From an uncultured archaeon (GTDB taxonomy: Archaea; Iainarchaeota; Iainarchaeia; Iainarchaeales; GCA-2688035): a stretch of DNA of 64,000 nucleotides. Positions 55,715 to 64,000 of this stretch are shown here, one piece after another; position 1 is the first letter of the stretch, and every line of letters begins with the position of its first letter. The DNA is taken from assembly GCA_964354805.1 (NCBI GenBank), contig CAYHBD010000030.1, positions 18,337 through 82,336 on the forward strand, given 5' to 3'. The notes under the pieces are model-generated. The model did not search any database. It was not told the origin of the DNA and saw nothing but the letters and a program-made list of their open reading frames with translations. Made by a program: the position numbers and the translations under genes.

Positions 55715-56356
55715 ATGGCTTTAAGCATTTTTGGAAAAACAAAGCAGGACAAAATGGAATTGGAGAAAGACAGGTACCTGCAGGCACAACTGCATTTGCT
55801 GCAGAGCAAATTGCAGCGCTTGGAGCGGATCTTCAGCGTTGGAATGCCTTTGGGCGAAGCAGAGGAAACAATCGAAAGGCTGGACAAAATAGAAAAAGGA
55901 GTGAAAGTAGTTGACTCAAAGGTTGAAATGTTCGCAAACGTGCTCAAAGGGCTGAAGGATGACTACGCAAAGCTGCTGCAGTCGCTTGACACAAAAGCAG
56001 GCATCAACCAGCTTCAAATCATTTCACAGAGAATCAAGTTCCTGGAGAACATCTATGGGGAACTGAGCAGCACCAAAACAAAGGACATCTTCCTGAACAT
56101 TGTGGACATCCTGAAGAATCTGGAAACCAGGATGGGGTCAATCGAGGAGATCGCGCACAAAAACGTTGGCTTGCTGTTCAAGAAAGAGCTGGAGAAAGTG
56201 GAAAAGGAAGCAGTGGAACAACCATTGCCTGAAACAGAGGAGCAGATGCAAGAGAAAGCAGCTGCAATGCCAGGCATGGAAAAACGGGTTGCAGCAGGTC
56301 AAGGAATCAGCGGAAAGATATCAGGGTTCTTTAAAAGAATCCTCGGCAGGAAATAG
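55715..56356 (+). CDS. Coiled-coil protein heading the pilus operon
   Basis: Heptad pattern; amphipathic C-terminal GFFKRILG. Confidence 0.75.
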   Translation: MALSIFGKTKQDKMELEKDRYLQAQLHLLQSKLQRLERIFSVGMPLGEAEETIERLDKIEKGVKVVDSKVEMFANVLKGLKDDYAKLLQSLDTKAGINQLQIISQRIKFLENIYGELSSTKTKDIFLNIVDILKNLETRMGSIEEIAHKNVGLLFKKELEKVEKEAVEQPLPETEEQMQEKAAAMPGMEKRVAAGQGISGKISGFFKRILGRK

Positions 56357-56388
56357 CCGAATATCCAATTAAGGGGGTTGTTTGTGCT

Positions 56389-58086
56389 GTGCAGAGTAAG
56401 GTAATAAACTGTGTTGGCTGTGACGGAGTTTCAGATCCGGCTTACATAAAATGCAGGACTGTTGAATGCCCTAGCGAGCCAAAGCTAATGCCTTTGGATG
56501 AAGAGGTCGGCTTGGTTGTATTCAAAAACGACACATTCACAAAGCTTTGGTATACTAAGGAAAACGAATTCGTTGTAATGCCTTTTTTTGTGGACATCCT
56601 GCTTGCGCCTGTTTCAGGGAAATCGATTGCAAAATACAACATCAAGGATGCTGAAGTGCGTATTATTAAGGGAAAAGACGATGTTCAGCCAACTTATACA
56701 ATCAGGATCCCGAATCTGGACAAGAGCTTTGCTGAACTGTGGGACATTTATTCAAAATACGAAGCAAAAGACATAAGCAGCCCGCTTCTGCAGATCTGGA
56801 TAAAAGAAAAGGGAATACTCGATTACCTGCTTAGTGACCCTGCAATCCAGGAGATAAATATCAATCCCCCGGAATTCACTACCGCAGTCAGGATAGTGCA
56901 CGAGGAATTTGACGAATGCTTAACAAACATTTATCCAACCCTGGACTTTTTGAATTTCCTCGCAACCTTTATGAAAATAACAACAGGCAGGCCATTGAAC
57001 AAGGCACAGCCGCAGCTGGACGGCGAGCTGATGGTTGAGAAAAGGAAAGCAAGGATTGCTGTTGTTGCAAACCCTTTCTCAATTCATGGAACTGGCTACA
57101 GCATCAGGGTGCACAGGGAAAGGCCATGGACCATTCCATTGTTTATGGATAACAAAGCGGTTAATGGCTGGTTCGCAGGCCTGATGAGTTTGGCAATAAC
57201 GCATGGAAGAACTTTTATGGTTGCAGGGCCAAGGGGAAGCGGAAAAACAAGCCTGCTCGGCGCCCTGATTCTGGAGATTCTGAAAAAATACAGGATGATT
57301 ACAATAGAGGACACGCAGGAACTGCCTGTTGACGCTTACAAAGGCATGGGCTATGATTTGCTTGCATTGAAAGTGAGAAGCTCGCTGATGACACACGGAC
57401 TGGAGATTCCCTTCGTAAAAGGCCTGAGGACATCGCTCAGGCTTGGAGACAGTGTACTGATAATCGGTGAGATTAGGTCAAAAGAAGCGGTTGTATTGTA
57501 CGAGGCAATGAGGATTGGCGCAATGAGCAATGTTGTTGCAGGAACAGTCCACGCCGACAATCCTTATGGTGTATATGACAGGGTTGTGAATGATTTGGGC
57601 GTTCCAAAAGGCAGCTTTAAGGTAACTGACCTGATAATAATGGTCAGGCAGATAAAGAGCCCGACTGCGCTGAAAAGGGTAAGAAGGGTTACAAGCGTAA
57701 CAGAGGTTTTGAAGGACTGGGAGGACACGCCAAAATTCCAGGACCTTTTGGTTTACGACCCGAAAAAAGACGAATTGGTTCCGACAGATGCTCTGCTTAA
57801 GGGCAAAAGCGCTTTCATCAACAACATCCTTGAAACAACAAAAGGGTATGCCACTTATGCAAGTATGCTGGATGACATGAAACTGAGGGCATGGGCAAAA
57901 GAGAGGGCAGTTGCCGTTTTCAGCGCTGACAAAAAATTGCTTGAAGCCCCCACAACAGGCGAATTTAATTTCAGGTATGTCCAGCTCTTCGAAAAATGGA
58001 ATCCTTTGGACAGCGCCGAGAATGAAAAAAAATTCAAGGATGAATTCGAGAAAATGCTTCAGGAGAAAATAAAGGGAACAGGCTAG
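56389..58086 (+). CDS. Type IV pilus/secretion ATPase (VirB11/TadA/FlaI family)
   Basis: GPRGSGKT, TIEDTQEL, SLRLG, IGEIRS.EA, GTVHA. Confidence 0.94.
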   Translation: MQSKVINCVGCDGVSDPAYIKCRTVECPSEPKLMPLDEEVGLVVFKNDTFTKLWYTKENEFVVMPFFVDILLAPVSGKSIAKYNIKDAEVRIIKGKDDVQPTYTIRIPNLDKSFAELWDIYSKYEAKDISSPLLQIWIKEKGILDYLLSDPAIQEININPPEFTTAVRIVHEEFDECLTNIYPTLDFLNFLATFMKITTGRPLNKAQPQLDGELMVEKRKARIAVVANPFSIHGTGYSIRVHRERPWTIPLFMDNKAVNGWFAGLMSLAITHGRTFMVAGPRGSGKTSLLGALILEILKKYRMITIEDTQELPVDAYKGMGYDLLALKVRSSLMTHGLEIPFVKGLRTSLRLGDSVLIIGEIRSKEAVVLYEAMRIGAMSNVVAGTVHADNPYGVYDRVVNDLGVPKGSFKVTDLIIMVRQIKSPTALKRVRRVTSVTEVLKDWEDTPKFQDLLVYDPKKDELVPTDALLKGKSAFINNILETTKGYATYASMLDDMKLRAWAKERAVAVFSADKKLLEAPTTGEFNFRYVQLFEKWNPLDSAENEKKFKDEFEKMLQEKIKGTG

Positions 58087-58116
58087 CAGCTGCTTTAAAG
58101 AAAACGATGTGGTTCA

Positions 58117-60003
58117 ATGTGGTTTAAATACATTTACGATTTGGGAAAAAGCCATCCTATAATTCCGAAAATTGCCTCATTGGACAAAAAATTTGACAGG
58201 GTGCAGTTTCCGTACAACAGCGCTGATGTTTTAAGCGGGGTTGCAATCTGCCTGGGCATATTCGGCTCAATAGGGGCAGCACTTTTTTTCCTGCTGCCCA
58301 CACTGCCGCTGATTGGATGGAGCGTTCTTTTCTACACTTTTGTGGTGGCTTTCGCGGCATACATTTACGCAAGCGGAATAAATTACACTCAGAGAATGAT
58401 TGACTACAAGGAGGAAATGCTGATTGCTTTGCTTGAAATCAGCAACTATATCTCACTGGATGTAAGCATTGAGTACGCAATAGTCCAGACAAACAGGGAT
58501 TTGCACGGAGTTCTGAGGGACCAGTTCGATATAATAATGGAAAAGCTGAAAAGGAAGAAATTCAAAACAATTGGAGACGGCTTTAGTGAGTTCATTCCAA
58601 GGTGGCTGGAGGTCAGCCCTGATTTCGTTAAAGCGCTCAGCCTGCTGCAGACAGCCGCAATCAGCCTGCCGCAGGACAGGGATAGAATAATAAATGAAGT
58701 GATTGAAAGCATTATCCAAAGCTATTACGAGCAGGGAAAGCGCTTTACTGAAGAGCTTTCCTCGCAAACCCAGAGCCTGATTGCAATCGGTGTTTTGTTC
58801 CCGATGATGATGCTTATGATGATTCCAATGGTCAGCGTTTTCCTGCCTGATACAATAAACCTGCCAATGCTTATTTTCGGATTCAATTTGTTTTTTCCAA
58901 CCGTTCTTTTAATGCTTGCAATGCAGTTTGCGGCAAACAGGGTTCAAGTGAACACAATCAGAATGGAGGAAAGCCCGGAATTTGAGATATTGCCGGTGAA
59001 ATTCTTTTTCATTCCGTTAATAATCCTGGTTGTTTTTTCATTCCCGACAGCAATGCATTTGTACGGCCTGGGCTATGGAATGGATGTGAAAAATGAATAC
59101 AGCTTTGAGTCAGTTGCAACCATCTGGACAAGTGCTTTCGGCATCTTTTTGGCTGTTGAAATAATCACAGGGGTTTTTGTAAGGAAATACAAAAAGCTTT
59201 GGGAGAAAATATACGAAGTGGAGCAGGACGTTCCGCACTTGCTGCAGGTTTTCACAACATACCTGAGCCTGAACAGGAGCGTTGAAAGCATACTTTCAGA
59301 TGTGATTGATGATTATGAAAAGCACGGCTTCAAGCAGCACCCTGTAACAAAGGTTTTCACTGAAATGCGGGAGCAATTGCTCAGGACAAAGAAAACGATT
59401 TTTGAAATAGTAAAAACAGTACTGCCAAAGCTGAACCCGAGCAAGAGGGTTACTTCCATTTTTGAAAGAGTGATCGGCTTCACCGACATTGACCAGTTGA
59501 GCGCAGCGAAAAGCAGCAGAATGATCAGGGAACAGCAGCTGTCGATATTCAGATTGGATGACTACATCAGGACACTGCTTGCGGACACTCTGAGCATGGT
59601 GTATGCGGCTGTTACCTTCATGGCACCGCTTTTGAGCGGCGCGGCCGTTGTAATGGCAATGGCAATAGTAATGAGCCTTACATTCATCCAGGACAAGCTG
59701 AAGGCAATCTTTGAATTATTCGGCGGATCATTTGACCTGACCCTGGTGAAGCTGGAGAAAATAATTCCGCCAACAATCCTTGAATTCGTTATCGGGATAT
59801 ACTTCCTGGAAATGGTCCTGATTCTTTCACTCTTCCTCTCAAACATAAAGTACGGAACGGACAAATTTAAAATCGCGGAAACAATCAACAAAAACATGCT
59901 TACTGCATTCGCCCTCTACACAGTTATCCTGCTTGTAGGGTACTTTGTTTTCAGGGAATTGGTTTTCGAAGGAATATTAAAAGGAGGAGCCCTAATCGGG
60001 TAG
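58117..60003 (+). CDS. Pilus membrane platform protein (TadC/FlaJ-like, two domains)
   Basis: Two TM clusters each with a cytoplasmic T2SSF-like region; follows ATPase. Confidence 0.82.
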   Translation: MWFKYIYDLGKSHPIIPKIASLDKKFDRVQFPYNSADVLSGVAICLGIFGSIGAALFFLLPTLPLIGWSVLFYTFVVAFAAYIYASGINYTQRMIDYKEEMLIALLEISNYISLDVSIEYAIVQTNRDLHGVLRDQFDIIMEKLKRKKFKTIGDGFSEFIPRWLEVSPDFVKALSLLQTAAISLPQDRDRIINEVIESIIQSYYEQGKRFTEELSSQTQSLIAIGVLFPMMMLMMIPMVSVFLPDTINLPMLIFGFNLFFPTVLLMLAMQFAANRVQVNTIRMEESPEFEILPVKFFFIPLIILVVFSFPTAMHLYGLGYGMDVKNEYSFESVATIWTSAFGIFLAVEIITGVFVRKYKKLWEKIYEVEQDVPHLLQVFTTYLSLNRSVESILSDVIDDYEKHGFKQHPVTKVFTEMREQLLRTKKTIFEIVKTVLPKLNPSKRVTSIFERVIGFTDIDQLSAAKSSRMIREQQLSIFRLDDYIRTLLADTLSMVYAAVTFMAPLLSGAAVVMAMAIVMSLTFIQDKLKAIFELFGGSFDLTLVKLEKIIPPTILEFVIGIYFLEMVLILSLFLSNIKYGTDKFKIAETINKNMLTAFALYTVILLVGYFVFRELVFEGILKGGALIG

Positions 60004-60210
60004 AACAATCTGCCAACCGGACAGCAAATTGTTTTGGGATTATTTTGATGGAGGAAAATTAATTGGGTAAAACAACCTTTGATTGAACAGCAAATTGTTC
60101 AAAGAGTATTTTAATGGAGGAATTTAATTGAGCAGAAAAATCTGCTGGTCAAACAAAAATTGTTTCAACAATATTTTTGCGGGGGAACATTGAATGAGCA
60201 GATCAATCTG
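59960..60210 (+). repeat. Degenerate ~66-bp tandem repeat (3-4 units) derived from platform-gene 3' end
   Basis: ACAGCAAATTGTT at 60021/60087, variant at 60153; GGAGG at 59983/60050/60116. Confidence 0.7.
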
Positions 60211-60292
60211 GATGGCGGTAGAGGTGTTGGTCGGCCTGGCTTTCCTTGCAGCAATTTTAATGTATGTTATAACAACGCTGAAGGTCGGTTAA
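60194..60292 (+). CDS. 32-aa pilin-like peptide
   Basis: MSRSIWMAVEVLVGLAFLAAILMYVITTLKVG; GGGGG RBS. Confidence 0.55.
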   Translation: MSRSIWMAVEVLVGLAFLAAILMYVITTLKVG

Positions 60293-60353
60293 GTTATGCA
60301 GGTTATTGAAACGGAAATTGCAATCAGGCAATTGAATCGCAAGGGTGAATGAA

Positions 60354-60782
60354 ATGCAGGCTATTGAAATGGTTGTTTTCATGATTGCCAGCATTGTAAT
60401 CGGTGGCCTGATTCTTTTATTTATCGGCGGCATTGATCCGGGGCAGCTTTACGCAACGGTTGAAAGGCTTGTTTTTCCCCAGCCCCTTGATGTGAATGCA
60501 ATGCTGACAGTAACAAAAACAGGCTTTGCAGGCAAAATGGGAGCCTGCTGGCGGGAATGTGCCTTTGGGGCAAAGAATTTAAAGTGCGGAGCATTCTATA
60601 TTACAACAGAGGGATTGCAGGACCCCGCGGAAAAAAATCTGGACAGCAATTCACTGCAGTATATTTTCAGAAAATTCAATTACTGTACTGACTGCGTTGT
60701 CAGCGTGGAAGAAGAGCCAATTATGCTGCCAGCTGTAGTGAGGCTTGAATGCGAAGCCGGAATATTGGCGGTGAAAAAATAG
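60354..60782 (+). CDS. Pilin-like protein
   Basis: MQAIEMVVFMIASIVIGGLILLF; Cys-rich. Confidence 0.78.
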   Translation: MQAIEMVVFMIASIVIGGLILLFIGGIDPGQLYATVERLVFPQPLDVNAMLTVTKTGFAGKMGACWRECAFGAKNLKCGAFYITTEGLQDPAEKNLDSNSLQYIFRKFNYCTDCVVSVEEEPIMLPAVVRLECEAGILAVKK

Positions 60783-60841
60783 TTAATGAAAAAGAATGCA
60801 ATTTAAACAAAAATTGGCTGTTGACAATGGTTGGTGAAAAA

Positions 60842-61297
60842 ATGAACGCAAAAGGAATGGAGCTGCCCATTGCCGTAATGGTTGTTTTCTTTGTTTCAAT
60901 CGCAGTTGCATTGATTGTGATAAACTTCGCCGGGCAGCTGATCGGAATGGGGCAGACAGAGCTGCGCAAATTCACTATTGGTTCCGAGAAAGCCGATTTC
61001 TTTGTTGAAACATATGCTGTAACAGGAAGCACGGTTGCAACACTGGCAAGCCAGTGCTATAAAGACAATCTGGGCAAATACGGCGGCGACAAAATCTGCT
61101 ACATACTGCACCAGTTGAATACTGAGCCAATTACATTGGAGGAAGCAGCAGCCGCGTCAGAACAATTCTACACGTTGATTGCGGAAGATCCTGCAGCTGT
61201 TGAGGAAAAAATTTCCTTTGAAGGAATGGATGATACCGGCAGAACAATTTACATTCGATTCGATGAGTTAAACCAGAGAATCGCGGTTGAATCTTAA
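60842..61297 (+). CDS. Pilin with class III signal peptide
   Basis: MNAKG|MELPIAVMVVFFVSIAV. Confidence 0.85.
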   Translation: MNAKGMELPIAVMVVFFVSIAVALIVINFAGQLIGMGQTELRKFTIGSEKADFFVETYAVTGSTVATLASQCYKDNLGKYGGDKICYILHQLNTEPITLEEAAAASEQFYTLIAEDPAAVEEKISFEGMDDTGRTIYIRFDELNQRIAVES

Positions 61298-61419
61298 GGG
61301 AACAAAAACAAAAAATTTGATTTTAAATTAGGGGCATTTTTCCAAAAAAATCAGAATCCAGCAGGTTTTTATACCAGAAAGAAATTATTTTATTAAACTA
61401 AAAAAAGCAGGTGAACAAA

Positions 61420-62007
61420 ATGATGGTGAACAGAAAAGGAATGAGCATGGCAATAGAGATATTCATTGTCCTGTTTGTATTGCTTGCTGTTGCAATGCTT
61501 GTCCTAAGGCTTGTGACAGAGCAGTCAGAGCAGCAGATTAAAATAATCGGCGAAGAGCTAAGGCAGCAGGAGCTTAAGAAAATCAAGTCAGACTGCCAGG
61601 CGGCATGCAAGTGCGATACTGAGGGCGAAAAAGTCGGCTACTGCCTGACACTGCTGAGAGCCGGAAAATCGGACGAAGGCGCGCTTGACCTTGATGGCGA
61701 CGGCTTTACAACAGGCTTTGCTGAACCGCCTGAAACAGGAGGCCTGTACGGCTTGTGCGAGGACAGGATTTACTGCAGCCAGCTTGCAGCATGCAAGTGC
61801 GGTGAAAGCGTTTTCGACATGGAAAGCTGCTTCAAATACATCTGCCAGTTCTGGGGCAAGAAAGACCCGGAGAGAGTTCCGGCATTGATGGCAAAGTTCT
61901 TCCCAGAGCCAACTTGCGTAACACAAGACGACCCGAAATTCCTGGACCACTGGTGGTGGGTGTACAACAAATATGTACTGGACTGCGGCGTCTCGCCGGC
62001 AGCTTAG
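61420..62007 (+). CDS. Cys-rich pilin with class III signal peptide
   Basis: NRKG|MSMAIEIFIVLFVLLAV; DLDGDG Ca-binding-like motif. Confidence 0.85.
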   Translation: MMVNRKGMSMAIEIFIVLFVLLAVAMLVLRLVTEQSEQQIKIIGEELRQQELKKIKSDCQAACKCDTEGEKVGYCLTLLRAGKSDEGALDLDGDGFTTGFAEPPETGGLYGLCEDRIYCSQLAACKCGESVFDMESCFKYICQFWGKKDPERVPALMAKFFPEPTCVTQDDPKFLDHWWWVYNKYVLDCGVSPAA

Positions 62008-62032
62008 CATTGTCTGAAAAGGTGATTCGGCA

Positions 62033-62452
62033 TTGGAGCAGGCTGTTTGGCTATACGTTGGAATAATTGCTGCATTGATTGGCTTGGGCTTTGTCGCCTC
62101 AATTGTAATGAGCGGCAGGGAGACAAGCAACCAGCAGGCAGTTGAAAACACCATTAGGAAGCTTGAACAGAACTGCAACCTTGTTTGCGCTGCTGACACA
62201 GAAACAATGTTCAGCGTTGATGTAACTCTTGTTGCAGGAATGCGATTGTACGGTTTGCAAAAAGCAATCTGCGCTGATTATGCTGCCAAAAGCTATTGCA
62301 GGGAATGCGATTGTAGTCTTTTGGACAAAACCGATACAACCAAGCAGTTTGAATTGGATTTGAGCGAAGCAAGGCAGTTGTTTGAAATGCATAATTACAC
62401 CTGCTTTATGGAAAGAATCGAGGAAGGTGTCGCCGTTGAATGCAAAGGCTGA
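62033..62452 (+). CDS. Pilin-like protein
   Basis: MEQAVWLYVGIIAALIGL; Cys-rich. Confidence 0.78.
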   Translation: MEQAVWLYVGIIAALIGLGFVASIVMSGRETSNQQAVENTIRKLEQNCNLVCAADTETMFSVDVTLVAGMRLYGLQKAICADYAAKSYCRECDCSLLDKTDTTKQFELDLSEARQLFEMHNYTCFMERIEEGVAVECKG

Positions 62453-62867
62453 CGCCCAATACTCTGAGTCTTCTGCCCTTAATGCAAGAGGCGATGTGTT
62501 TCCTTTAATCAGCTGGCTTGGCCTTGTCCTTGTTGCGCTTATAATCGGCTACTGGTTTTTTTCGAATTTTTTTGTCGGAAAAAATGTTCTTGAACGGGTT
62601 GAGAATGATTTGAAGAACATCAGGAAAATGGTTGACGATGCATGCGATGCATTTTATTATAACGCGGAATACAATCCCTTCACGGAGGAAGGCCGCCTTG
62701 ATTCAAACAGCTCGGACATCTGCATCAGGACACCTGACCTGAACAAATGCAGGCCTGTCTTATGCGATAAGCTGGCTGCAGGCGCACTAAACCTTTCTGG
62801 GATAGGTGACTTGAATGTTTTAAAGGAAAGAAACAGCGAGATAGTGCAAATAGTGAGTGGAGATTGA
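62436..62867 (+). CDS. Pilin-like protein
   Basis: NARG|DVFPLISWLGLVLVALII; start uncertain. Confidence 0.75.
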   Translation: MNAKADAQYSESSALNARGDVFPLISWLGLVLVALIIGYWFFSNFFVGKNVLERVENDLKNIRKMVDDACDAFYYNAEYNPFTEEGRLDSNSSDICIRTPDLNKCRPVLCDKLAAGALNLSGIGDLNVLKERNSEIVQIVSGD

Positions 62868-62872
62868 GTTAG

Positions 62873-63328
62873 ATGAACCGGAAAGGAATTTACAGCATGC
62901 TGAGTAGTTTCTTTTTGGCGGTAATTCTCGTATTCGTTGTCTTGACACTTGTTTACATAAACTTGATTGTTGTATCGCATGAGAGCACTATTTTCCAGGG
63001 CATAAAGCCATTCGAGCTCGCATCCGATGTGAAGAACAAAATAATTGAGCACGCTGATTGCTTTGGCGGAAAAATAACATCGGAAAAGCTTGGCCCTGCC
63101 GCAGACCTTAACCTTACAGAGTGCAGCAATAAAATAAGCGAATTGAGCCAGGGCCAGGTTGCCGGCTTTTCTGTTGAGAGAATGCAGCACTTGGATTGCA
63201 ATTCGCTAAAAAAATCAGGGGGCGATTTCAACAATTGCTCGCATGAATTTGTTTTCTTTGTAAACGTTGGAGAGAATTATAAAAATTGTTTGGGCAAAAT
63301 GACTATCTGCATGGCGATGAAAAAATGA
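62873..63328 (+). CDS. Pilin with class III signal peptide
   Basis: MNRKG|IYSMLSSFFLAVILVFV. Confidence 0.83.
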   Translation: MNRKGIYSMLSSFFLAVILVFVVLTLVYINLIVVSHESTIFQGIKPFELASDVKNKIIEHADCFGGKITSEKLGPAADLNLTECSNKISELSQGQVAGFSVERMQHLDCNSLKKSGGDFNNCSHEFVFFVNVGENYKNCLGKMTICMAMKK

Positions 63329-64000
63329 GTGTTGTTGAAAACATCATTGCAATGGTTGTCTTAATGGGGCTGCTGCTTGCAGCATTTGTGATAATCACCG
63401 GCTTGAACGTTAACTTTTTTACGGATGTTGTTGATACCAGCGTGAAAGAGTACAATACGGAGAAATACCAGAATGATTTGGACGCTGTCCTGAACACAAC
63501 AGAGCCAGTTTCAGGAAACAACTATGCTGGCTTGCTTGCGGACGCGGTTTACTACAGGAAAAGCTATTTTGATTACAATGCCCAGCCAGGGCTGGAAATA
63601 AACGAAGAAATAGGGCAATACTACAATAACTTGGAACCAGGCACTGCCAATGCCTTGGACCACAACCTGCTCAAAGTAGACAAGCTCGTGCAATTAACTT
63701 TTGACAAGTTGTATGGGAAAAAAAATTACTATTTGGAAATCGCACCGCTGATTTTGAAGCTGCGGCTGTACTTTGTAATTGATGGGAGTGCTTCGCTTGA
63801 AAATGAAATAACTGAATTAAAAACAGCTATTCCAAAACTTATCGCCGATTTTAATAGCCAATTTGATGTTGCTGCAAGGGTTTTAGTGCTTGCAGGGAGC
63901 GAACTTGAAACTCAGGACCCATGCGCTGAATTGCAAACACATGCTGAATGCAGATACCTTCGCCAAGAAGAAATGTACAGCAACCAAGTTGCAAAGGGCT
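63325..64000 (+). CDS. Pilin-like protein with VWA domain (partial, runs off window)
   Basis: Manually translated: MSVVENIIAMVVLMGLLLAAF...LYFVIDGSAS (MIDAS DxSxS). Confidence 0.8.
   Translation, partial: MSVVENIIAMVVLMGLLLAAFVIITGLNVNFFTDVVDTSVKEYNTEKYQNDLDAVLNTTEPVSGNNYAGLLADAVYYRKSYFDYNAQPGLEINEEIGQYYNNLEPGTANALDHNLLKVDKLVQLTFDKLYGKKNYYLEIAPLILKLRLYFVIDGSASLENEITELKTAIPKLIADFNSQFDVAARVLVLAGSELETQDPCAELQTHAECRYLRQEEMYSNQVAKG

Noticed and set aside
60330-60356. TGAA duplication frameshifting an LNRKG signal off the 60354 pilin (phase variation)
   Set aside because: GGTGA works as an RBS for ATG 60354 and the upstream sequence looks like a decayed duplicate; cannot be distinguished from chance.
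1-64000. Transposase, integrase, rRNA or cas genes
   Set aside because: No recognisable motifs found; any mobiliser of the repeat must lie elsewhere or be lost.

Overview
This is an archaeal chromosomal segment. The gene content, compact layout, GGTGA/GGAGG ribosome-binding sites and abundant class III signal-peptide proteins point to a DPANN archaeon, probably Iainarchaeota/Diapherotrites-like (inferred, not searched). Core genes include glyS, nop5-fibrillarin, NMD3, the L15e/proteasome/exosome/RpoP/Pcc1/prefoldin superoperon, eIF5A, Lsm, TtuA and three tRNAs. Accessory genes include a class III ribonucleotide reductase redox cluster, a PadR-linked ABC exporter, a KaiC-V4R module, a free-standing LAGLIDADG gene and two clusters of pilin-like genes, one with a secretion ATPase, a platform protein and a VWA protein. 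Two observations stand out. (1) A family of short, modular, hairpin-rich REP-like repeats (consensus approx. GCGAAGCAATTTTCCCAAGGCTTTTT-hairpin-AAAAAGGCTT) sits only in apparently tolerant sites: in frame inside cleavable pilin signal peptides, at the N-termini of NMD3 and Pcc1, in one intergenic spacer, and as most of the 37/38 intron of two tRNA genes. (2) NrdD is split, with its glycyl-radical loop encoded by a separate 47-aa gene that is missing from the ORF track. Many intergenic spacers are decayed tandem copies of adjacent gene ends or starts.
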